Of a stretch of 64,000 bases of DNA, positions 22,130-32,000 are shown in pieces. The translations under genes and the position numbers were made by a program. Position 1 is the stretch's first letter; every line of letters begins with the position of its first letter. Source of the stretch: Salisapilia sapeloensis CBS 127946 (lineage: Eukaryota; Protista; Oomycota); NCBI GenBank assembly GCA_023334545.1, contig JAADVB010000008.1:96019-160018 (forward strand). The letters are read 5' to 3'. Under the pieces are notes generated by a model. That model worked only from the letters and a program-made list of their open reading frames with translations. It ran no database searches and was not told the DNA's origin.

Positions 22130-22903
22130 TTAAATCTTTCGAGGCTGATGGTCCATTAATGACTGCGACTCTGTTTCTGGAGATAGTTCAGTTGGTGATA
22201 CGTCGCTAGTAGGATTCGACGCTTGTTGGATAGCAGATGCGCCAGTCCATTGCTGAGATAAGAGAAGCTGACCCCACACGGTGTTGTCTCCAGTGGCGAC
22301 TACAACCGCAACGAGCGATCCTTCCACTACTTTTGTCGTCATATAGATTAGGTGCGGCAGACAAAGAGCTTTGTCGGGATAATTTCCACTCGGACGACTG
22401 GACGGTGGCTCCGTCGATACTTTTTTACGCCACATATTCGAACCTCGGACACTACCTGACTCTAGCGTCAAGTCATCTCCTTCATCCGAAGTCTCCGAGG
22501 CCTCCAGTAGTTTAGACTGATCCACTATGCAGTCGTTGGATGCCTCAATGATACGCATATCAGCAGCGATAATGTCACCAGCATGCACTTCAACGACGTC
22601 GCCTACAACCAAGCTCGTGGCATCCATCCGCAATGTGCGTGTAGTCGCGTTGGATAGTCGTCGTCTTACTCTGGCTTCCCGAGGAAGAGCTTCGTTATAG
22701 TTCTGCATGGCAGGGGTCTGTGCGAGGCAGGGCAGTAGGCAGCAGAGCCAAGATGGGCACTGGAGAGGCGGAGACACGCGGTTCGCGCCATGCAGTTGCC
22801 TTCGCGCTTGGGCTTCATCACGCGTGAGTCCGCGAGCTGCGTCTACGCCAAAGCGCTGGATGAAGTTGGATAATGCCTCCTCCTCGACTTTGGTATCCAT
22901 CAT
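22130..22903 (-). CDS. Stand-alone P-type ATPase N-terminal/actuator-domain protein, 257 aa (no P, N or TM domains)
   Basis: GLTRDEAQARRQLHGANRVSPP (cation ATPase N-terminus); LVVGDVVEVHAGDIIAADMRII and IYMTTKVVEGSLVAVVVATGDNTVWGQL (A-domain). No DKTGT motif and no TM helix; the ORF ends in a polar tail and a stop. Confidence 0.75.
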   Translation of the reverse strand: MMDTKVEEEALSNFIQRFGVDAARGLTRDEAQARRQLHGANRVSPPLQCPSWLCCLLPCLAQTPAMQNYNEALPREARVRRRLSNATTRTLRMDATSLVVGDVVEVHAGDIIAADMRIIEASNDCIVDQSKLLEASETSDEGDDLTLESGSVRGSNMWRKKVSTEPPSSRPSGNYPDKALCLPHLIYMTTKVVEGSLVAVVVATGDNTVWGQLLLSQQWTGASAIQQASNPTSDVSPTELSPETESQSLMDHQPRKI

Positions 22904-24709
22904 CGCTCTTTAAGAACGGTTTCCTATGCCACTCCTGGTGGTACAGTGGCTGTTTTCAGATTTTAAATAATACAATTGTTTACTTTTGGTATAAAGCAAA
23001 AGTGTTGCTTGCCGTTGTGATGAATTTCCAGAGTGCAGTACTGACTTTAATCGATGTTTTTGGACGTTGGTGCTTCTCGTATGCACATAGCCAATAGTGT
23101 AGATATATTCACTCTTATCTGTCCTTTTGATCGCTTTTTGGTCAATGCTAGCCGCTTAGATTATCGATTGACGTCTCTGTTTCGTGAGAAATGCCGTCCA
23201 TGCATGACATATCTAGCGTAAATGTGAAACGAAATGAACGTTCGAGAGGCACAAAATTGATGGGATTTATAGGCTACTTTAATAGCGTCTAAAGTGTGGA
23301 TATTTGTTTTATCAATCTACTTTGATATTCATAGGTTCAAAAATATGCACAGTTCGATTGTCATGAATGACATACTGAGTTATAACGTTGTAATCAAGAT
23401 AGCCTATAGTAAAGATCCAAATTCATCAAACTGTTATAAAATTTTGAACTAGCATTGATGCGCTCTAAGTGGCCATGCATAGTACAATTGAACTGAAAGC
23501 ACATAGCTAGACACTGGAACAACAGTTTCATCTTACTGATTCTACGTGAGTCATATTCTAACACAATACTCGTGTAGTATCTCTGGTCTACTATTCTTTT
23601 TAATTATATTGCCTCGAGGCTTTATAAACCAGCTTTGAATGCAAGTACTTCATATTTCTTTCGCGTAGACTGTATCCACTCGTCGTTATCAGGACTTCAA
23701 CGTTTATCAGATCTGATTTCCGGAACGGATTGTCGAATCTTTCCCGTCTAATGGCTGCTGGGAAACTTTACAAGTACTAGAGTGGATAGAGTACTTATCT
23801 CTGAAATATGATCCGTCCTGTGAAGTCTAAGCAGACACTTGGCCCGTGTGTTTGCCTCCATTGCGGTCATTCATCAGAAAACCGAAGTGACCAGTCTGTT
23901 GGGCTTGTAGAAGCAGCGTGAGGTACTTTAAGCAAAGCATCGCCAATACGATCGTTTATAGCTAAATCGAAAGCAGCTTTCATGACAGGACTGCTTTTAT
24001 AGGTTAGGATAATAAAATTTTGCTGATACATTCCCGTCGCAACATAACAGATAAGCGTGTGCAGTGAATTTATATGCGAACGCACTCAAGCCATGCCGAC
24101 GAAAGCTTTTACACAGAGTAATCGCACTCGGGTGACAACGTTCAAACTAGTCTATTCGAGTACTTGGTGTGTGATCAAAGATACGATTCCTTTTTAAGCA
24201 TATTCTGGACGGAGGTTTTTTGCAAGAGCCTGAAAGCTTTCGATGTTTTTATATCCTTGTACAAAGCACGAGTTAAAGCTCTGACACCCAGCTGCATAGA
24301 TCTTGTTTACCATTTCGATATTTCTTATCTCACAACGCATTACTGGTATGTCGTAGGTAGAGAAGGATGTATGTTACTATACTGGTGAACTACGGGAATG
24401 GAAACTAGAAGACTGTCGATATGTGGCTTGAAAAGGGCTACATCGGCTGAATGACCATCCGAGGTCATTGTGACCAACAATTTGATTTATTGCATTCTAA
24501 CACTATTGTAACCTTCTGTCACGAACTCAAGCCGTCACTACATGGAACCTCACCAACGAACCAGTCTACCCGAAGATGACTCCGATAGAAAAAATTGCGT
24601 ACTATGCTGACCATTCGTGGATTTGATTGATTTGTATTTTCATCCGCACTTCATATCATTCATACTTGGATCTGCTTCATCAAACACAAGATCCTTCCAC
24701 GTTGAGCAC

Positions 24710-26413
24710 ATGAAGTCGAAAGTGAGCAAGAAGCGCACACCTGGAGTGTCGTCTACTACTCATAGTACAGAAATGTACGACTTCATGCGATCCACTACTA
24801 GTACGAACTTTAGCATCCAGTCTCCGGTCACGAATGGTAACGCAAATTCTTCCAACGTGATTATGTACGGGTCCCGTGAGAGTGCTCTTGTATCTCCTCA
24901 AACGATCACGACGAACTTCGTGCAGTCCACATCAGCCATGAAAACCCTTCGTCAGACATTTATAGATGGAAAGACACTACCATTGGAGCACAGGAAGAAA
25001 CTCCTTCGCAACCTTCAGATCATGGTCACGGAAGGACAGCGACAGCTCACAGATGCTATATGGCTCGATTTAAAACGCCATCCTGCAGAAACCTATAGCT
25101 TGGAACTTTCGGCTGTACATGCTGAGATCCAGCTTCACCTTGATCATTTGAACGAATGGGTCAAGCCGAAAGTGATTACGAACTATAACTTTACGACATG
25201 GCCGTCCCAGTCGTATATCGTCACTCAGCCGAGAGGTGTGATCTGTATCCTCGGTGCTTGGCACTTGCCGATCCGTATGATGCTACTGCCACTCATCGCT
25301 GCCTTGAGTGCTGGGAACTGTGCTCTACTCATCTTTTCCGGCGGAGATACTACTAAAAACACGAACGAGGCTCTTGCTTCTCTTCTAGAGCGCTACGTTG
25401 ACCAGCGCTACGTGCGACTTGTTGGAGGCGGTCGAGAGATGGCAACTCATGTGCTATTGCATGAACAGTTCGACCTTGTCTTTGCCTCTGGCGGGCCATT
25501 GATGGGTCGTGTAGTTGCAAGAGCTGCGTCCGAGTCATTGACACCAACGATCTTAGAACTTGGAGGGAAGAACCCAGCAATTGTGACGCATACTTGCAAT
25601 GTCCAAATGGCAGCAAAGAAGATTGCATGGGCATCTTTCTTAAATGCTGGCCAGACGAGTATGCGACCAGACTATGTGCTTGTCGATGCTCTAGTTGGTG
25701 ATAAGTTCACAAAGGCAGTGGAGTCCTGGGTCATGCATTTCTATGGTAGCGATCCGAAGTCGAGCGAAAGCTTTGGTCGACTCGTGAACAAGCGAGCATT
25801 CGACCGGATCGATTCCATCCTGAAGAGCGATCGGCGATGGATTACTTTCGGTGGATACAAGGACGCTCGAGACAAATTCATTTCGCCCACGTTACTACAC
25901 TTTGGTAAGAACCTTCCTGCGTTCGGTACGAGTTCCGCCATGGTTGACGAGATCTTTGGACCGATACTACCCATCGTCTACTACAATCAAGGACACATTG
26001 ACAGTGCCTTGATGTTCGTCTTGCAAAGAACTCGACCTTTAGCTCTATATCTCTTTACACAAGATGAATACGTTCGTCATCGAGTTGAGCAGCGGATGCA
26101 CTCTGGAAGCTTTGTGGTGAACGACTGCATGGCACATACCTTTCATCCGACGCTACCTGTTGGTGGCATTGGTGGCTCGGGTATGGGCAAGTATCAAGGC
26201 AAAGCTGGCTTTGACGCTTTCTCTCACCAGAAGAGTACGTTACGAAAGTCTGAATGGAATGATTTGGAGGCAAAGTATCCTCCGTACACAGACGCAAGTG
26301 AAAGCAAGTTGAAGAGAGCGATGCAACCGTCAAAGCGAACGCATCGAACGGTGGCTGTACTTGGCCTCGTTCTCTTTATCATCATTTTCTTGTTGATCTT
26401 ATCGACCATTTGA
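24710..26413 (+). CDS. ALDH3/fatty-aldehyde dehydrogenase-like protein with C-terminal membrane anchor; catalytic residues substituted
   Basis: ATG at 24710. PRGVICILGAW, LTPTILELGGKNP, DEIFGPILPI, PLALYLF, LPVGGIGGSGMGKYQG and a C-terminal TM (VAVLGLVLFIIIFLLILSTI). The catalytic motif reads NAGQTSMRPDY. Confidence 0.9.
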   Translation: MKSKVSKKRTPGVSSTTHSTEMYDFMRSTTSTNFSIQSPVTNGNANSSNVIMYGSRESALVSPQTITTNFVQSTSAMKTLRQTFIDGKTLPLEHRKKLLRNLQIMVTEGQRQLTDAIWLDLKRHPAETYSLELSAVHAEIQLHLDHLNEWVKPKVITNYNFTTWPSQSYIVTQPRGVICILGAWHLPIRMMLLPLIAALSAGNCALLIFSGGDTTKNTNEALASLLERYVDQRYVRLVGGGREMATHVLLHEQFDLVFASGGPLMGRVVARAASESLTPTILELGGKNPAIVTHTCNVQMAAKKIAWASFLNAGQTSMRPDYVLVDALVGDKFTKAVESWVMHFYGSDPKSSESFGRLVNKRAFDRIDSILKSDRRWITFGGYKDARDKFISPTLLHFGKNLPAFGTSSAMVDEIFGPILPIVYYNQGHIDSALMFVLQRTRPLALYLFTQDEYVRHRVEQRMHSGSFVVNDCMAHTFHPTLPVGGIGGSGMGKYQGKAGFDAFSHQKSTLRKSEWNDLEAKYPPYTDASESKLKRAMQPSKRTHRTVAVLGLVLFIIIFLLILSTI

Positions 26414-26461
26414 TTTGGTGTTACAAGTAGTTTCGATTAATCACATGAGATCCTACTTGTC

Positions 26462-27946
26462 TTAGTCTCGTAGCTGTCCGATCGGTTTTCCAAGCATTAA
26501 CTGTCATTCACATACCATTAGCTTTTCAATTAGCTTGCTAGTGTTTGTTAAAGTACCTTTTCTCCTGGTTGTGTCGTGAATTGGAAGTTTTTAGGTGCTT
26601 CGAAGACGAGGACGACGGTTGATCCGAGTCGGAACTGTGCCACTTCATCTCCTTTCCCTGTGTCCATCCCACTTCCGTACTCTTTAATGAAACACTTTTT
26701 GTCTTCCGCAGCTTGATCCTGCTCCTTGACATTCGTCAAAAAGTCTGGCTCAGCGGACAAGGTGATGGACCCGACGTTCGTGGCACCGACTGCAGACATA
26801 CTGAACATCCCGTGCTGCCACTTTCCCATCAACACCACTCGTTCGTTTTCGACGAATAAGCTCGGAATGAGCTTGGCTGCTCGAGAGTTGACTGGGAAGA
26901 GGTTACCAGGAAAATGGCGTCGTTCCATCACCTTCCAGTCGATCGGTGAGTGGATACGATGGTAGTCGCCAGGGGCCAAGTAGATGACACACTGGTACAA
27001 AACCTTGTTCGGGTCTTTCGACCGCCATGAAGGAAAGTCTCCAATAAAGTCATCCAGACGATAGCGAGCTCCTTTGATCTGCTCTAGAGTTGCAGTAGGT
27101 GTAGTTTCATCCACGATACCAAAGGATGTGATCACGCCGTCCACAGGAGACGTGAGGACGCGTGGGTTCATCTCGATTGGACGCACGTCGTCCTTTAGTG
27201 GACGAGAGAAGAACTCGGCTAGATTGCGGTACGATTCCAGCGGGTATCTACGCACTTGCGAGTTAAAAGGATAGACACAATGCCAATTAATAGGACGTAC
27301 TTTGCTTCATCGAGGTTACAGTCGTAGACGTAGGTCCAAGCCTTGTACACTGGAGCTCGAAGGAACGTCGGTCTACAAGTTACATATTAATTATTAGATC
27401 TATAGATGGATTGAAACATCTTACAGTTCCTTGTCGTGGACTTTGCCCCAGAGGCGAGAGATGGCTCGATAGGGAAGCAGTTTAATCGATTCCAGCTACC
27501 GCATGTGAGACATTGTGCTCTATGATAAATATGTGGAGAAAGGAGTACTTGTCTTTGGGTTGCCATGCCACTCTCGAATTCAGTTGGCGGTGTAGGAAGC
27601 CTCGTCACTGCCAGTGATGGACCTTCGCGACGGTCATCAGCGGCAATGCTTAGATGATACCATTGCAACGCTGCAATCAGTGCAAATCCACCTGCTGCCG
27701 GCACTTTCCAGCCCATTGGGTTACCCCACCCAGGCGGAACGTCATCCTTTGGGGCTTCATGTTTGGTCTTTTGCTTGCTAGAAAATGAGCGGACTCTGTA
27801 CGACGATCACATCGTGTAGGCGATTAGTTTAAAGATTTAATGTGTTGGAATGATAGATTGCGAATCGAGCATGTAGCATACCTTGATGAACGCGCTGAAA
27901 GTCTGAAAGCGAATCGTGGCGAGGCTCTCGAGGGTGCTGCCAACAT
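26462..27946 (-). CDS. PSD1: Phosphatidylserine decarboxylase, mitochondrial type (6 exons, 394 aa)
   Basis: Exons 27946-27882, 27795-27549, 27495-27425, 27372-27301, 27247-26557, 26500-26462, closing in frame. Arg/Ser-rich presequence; LPYRAISRLWG, SPVDG, YLAPGDYHRIHSP, NERVVL, VGATNVGSI and the self-cleavage motif FRLGSTVVLVF. Confidence 0.92.
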
Positions 27947-28235
27947 GGTTGCTACTCCACAGCGTAAGTGAACAATAACGATTTAACAAGCACATAAAGT
28001 ATTATTTTGATAAATACATACAAAATTATAGTGTATTATAGGCTTTCAGTTTCACTAGATGTATAATTTAATCTTAACAAGGCTGTATTACGAATAAAGT
28101 GAAAGGTTTTGGGCATAATGGCTACGAATTAGACTAGCCAAGCTCGACGCCATCCGACGAAATTCTTAAGCGAATCGAAAGGTTTTCATCCCTTGTGTAA
28201 TCTCTGCACTCCTTTTATAGACCTAGAACTGAATT

Positions 28236-29011
28236 ATGGACTCGTGGGGTATGTACACATATGCATAATGTTATTGTACGAGGAATCTTAAATTAAAATT
28301 GGTCTAGACGATGATGAATTTGAGGTGCCAACCATTAATGCGAACAACGCCACCAAGCTGAACTGGGACGATGAAGAAGAAGAGGAGGAAGCACCTGCCC
28401 CTGTCCAGGAGCCCACGCCGAGTGCACCCAAGGGTCCGCTCAAGCCCAAGCAGCTCAAGAAGCTAAAAATGAAGGAGCTCGAGGAAAAACGCGAGTTGGA
28501 AGTCAAGCTCGCCAAGGCTCGCTTGGAAGACCAGGCGAATGAGACGGAGGACCAGCGTAAAGCCCGTGAGAAGGCTGCGATGGAAGAGGCGGACTTTGAA
28601 GCTGCTGTCGATGCGTTTGCCAGTGTCCCTCTCAAATCGGCCAAGGCCAGTGGCGATGACAGCGTCGAGGGCAGTATCGAGAGCATGCGTCTCATGTCGC
28701 TAGCTGACCACGAGAAGCTCGGTGAAGCCGTCTCGAAGCGTCTAGCTGACTCGAACGCCAAGTACGCTTTGGAGTGCATTAAGGTCTTGTTGACGAAAGG
28801 CACACAGAGTCTCAGTGCCGACGACATGAAGGAGCTGACGACGATTTTGAACGTCGTGAAGAACGATAAAATCCAACGTGCTAAGCCCAAGACCAAGAAG
28901 AAGAAGCAGTCGGGTCGTCAAGGCTATGCGAATGTCGAACGCAGTGCTCCGACTCGAGGCGTCGGCGCGATGGACTATGACGAGTACGATGACTTTGATG
29001 ATTTCATGTAA
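28236..29011 (+). CDS. EIF3J: Translation initiation factor 3 subunit J (2 exons, 238 aa)
   Basis: 13-nt exon 28236-28248 plus 59-nt intron 28249-28307 gives MDSWDDDEFEVP. NWDDEEEEE, EEADFEAAVDAF and C-terminal YDEYDDFDDFM are eIF3j/Hcr1 hallmarks. Confidence 0.9.
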
Positions 29012-29053
29012 GCAGCTAGAAGGAAATACAAGACGCTTGCGAAAAACCTTGCT

Positions 29054-32000
29054 TTAGTAGTAATTATTTCGAATGAACTGGTCTGACGTCCGACGCTTTC
29101 GACTCACTTCATTCGCCACTTGGTGCGTCGCATACAGCGTCTGCAGAGCTTTCATGCGTTGGGCACTCAGGAAGAGCGGTCGACCTCGTCGAAGGTTAAT
29201 GTCCTCTTCTCCAAACTTATCAAGGTAAGGAGATCCAAAGTAAGAGCTGCGAGGACCGTAGACGAGTAGCACCGAGCTCACGCGCATGAGGAAGAACATG
29301 CCGACACCTGCGCCACATGTCAGCGCGTGGTAAGTGCATGCGCCCATACCATTCTGTCGTCGACAGCAGTCGCTGCCAGCGCACAGGACCTGTCCGCAGA
29401 CGAGGCAGATGGCTGGGTTCTCGACAATGTTCCACGTCTGTCGACACTTGCTCTTGCCTAAGATATCCGAATGCAAGTCCGTGTACAGACTAGCCAGCGA
29501 GACCAGCCGGACGCTAGTGAAAGCGTAGCGGAGGGTAGGATCGTCACTGTCGTTCGTCATGCTGTCGCCTCGCATACGACGTAGAGGTAGAGGCGGCATC
29601 ACTTTCCAGTTACATTCTAGCACCTCATTGTCTACAGTCGTCGTCTTCGCCATGGCCGTGAGCAACGCCTCAGCATCGCCCTTCTCTTCATACGACACTC
29701 TCGCCTGATCCTCCACGGCTGCTAGACGGTGTGTCCGTAGCTGAGACGCAGCCATCAAGAGGTAGTTTAGCATATCGGCGTTGGACAAGACTTGCTCCAC
29801 GGACGGCACACCTAGCTGCTCGGCCATGTCGTCGTACTTTGTCGTGAGTCTCAAGGACTGGACAAAGTTGGCACTCCACGATGCGTCAGGGTCCTGCTCT
29901 GCTCGGAAGCAGGCGCGACAGAGCAGCGTCATTTCCCGCATGAAGGCCAGACAGCTCGATTCGAACATGCACCGAAGCTGCTTTCCTCTCGGTGGCGTCC
30001 AGTCCTCTAGCTGTGTGCTGCCAACGAGCTTACGCATGAGTTCAAAGAGCGCCGAGTCGTCTTCTTCCTCTCCTTCCTCTTCCTCTGGTGGCGTCCGAGC
30101 GACCTGAAGTAGCGTCTGAGCCATGTGAAGCACACATAAAGAACGTAACGTCTGGAGCATATCTGCTTTCGCCGTGAGGACGGTACCGCAAAGGAGGACA
30201 GCAAGGTAGGTCAAGTCCATGCTGAGGAGAGGTGCGCTGACAGCCAGCGGTGCGCCTCTCTTAAGACTGTCTGCAAACGTCTTTTCATCCGACTGTAGTT
30301 GCAATGCGGAGACAAGAGGCGAGGCGACAGCTTCTTGGAACCCTTCCGAGTCGGAGAAGAGAAGAGGGAGCTGTCGTAACGCACGCAAGACGCAGCTGAG
30401 CTTTGCATCGTCTTTAGCAGACCCACCGTCCATCTGACTTTCCAACGCTTCTGGCAACTCGACGCCCAGTCGATTCTCCAAAGGAGGTGTGAGGGGGTTC
30501 AAGAGAGCAGAGATGTGGAGAGATGACATAGAAGTAGCTTTGTTTTCACTCAGAGCGCCCTCGAGAGATAGAAGAGCAGAGGAGATGCCGGCTAACTGTG
30601 TCGACTTGACTGTTTCGCTCACACAGTTCCAGACGACGTGCATGAGCTGCGCTTCCGACCCTCGGAAACTTTCATGCATCCTTCGGACGGCGTGTCTCGC
30701 TGCCGTCGGAGTCATGAGGTTTGGTCGGAAGCGAATGTAAGCGTCCAATACAGAAGTCGCAAACTGTACGACCGGTTTCTTCTCTCCATTCACATTCAGA
30801 TTGCTCATCTTTTGTGGTAGTTCGTCTTGTAACCACGACAATATCCTCGTCGCATCCTGTTTCGTAGCAAAGACATCTTCCAATGCACTTCGATTCGCAT
30901 TCCGTTCGTCGTATGTTAGTGCTGAGCTCGTCGGGACGTGCGGCACGAGGACAGAGCTTAGTGCTTGACACAAAGGACACAAAAACTCTTCAAAGTGTGC
31001 GTCAAAAGCGACGTTCAGCTGCGCCTGTTCCATCTGCGCTCGAGGTTGCGACCGGACGGACGCAAAGTATGTCTTCCAGCAGGACAAGTGGACGGCATGG
31101 CCACACATGGACAAGACGGTGGGTGGAGGGAATGGAATGTCAGACGGTTCTTCCACCACTTTTTGGAAGACGTGTGTGCGCGTGAGAGACTGCTGCGCAT
31201 GACCTATGTACATGACGGCTTCATCGCGTTTCTTCTGAGCGCAGATGATGCAGTCCGGTGGTGGAGGAGGTCGGTAGACGACACCATCAGCGTCTTCTTC
31301 CATGTCCTCCTCCTCTTCCTCCATGTCCTCGAACGACGTGGCCATGGAAAACGCTTGCTGGCGCATCGACATGGCTTTCAACGCTCGTTCCTGCGCTTTC
31401 TTCCGACGTTCATCCTTGCTCTCGACCGTCGACTCTTGTGTATTGGACGCATTCAAATGCGTGTGAAGATAGGAAGCAACGGACGGATGTTCATTAAGCG
31501 ACTGGAGAAGCCAGTAGATGGCTGCAACAGTGCTCTTCGATGCCTCGAACTCCTCTTCTAACTGCTTGACGTATTGTACGAGCAAACCGATGATGGACTG
31601 ATCTGCAACATGGAGCTCATGACCTTCAGAAGGAGCACTTGTCTTGGCTCTTTTAGCACAACGACTCTCATCTGGTTCTTCAAACGCCTCCTTTCCTGAT
31701 GCCATGTACTCGATCACGTGAGACACAGAAGAGCTCAAGACCGTCACGTGGAGCAAGTGGACGACGGCGTTGGCGACACCTGCACTATTGTCCATGGCTC
31801 TTTCTAGCACGAGACGGAGGACACCGATTAATCCTTTATCACTTGCCAAGTCTCGGACGGACGTAAAGGCAGGATGGACAGGAGGGAGTGTCGAAATAGA
31901 TGGCACAGGTGCATGGCCGACGCGCCAATTCTTCAGCAAAGCTTCCTGTCGATTCGTCTGTGCTTTCTCATGCTCCGATCGACTGAGATGGAAGTAGTTC

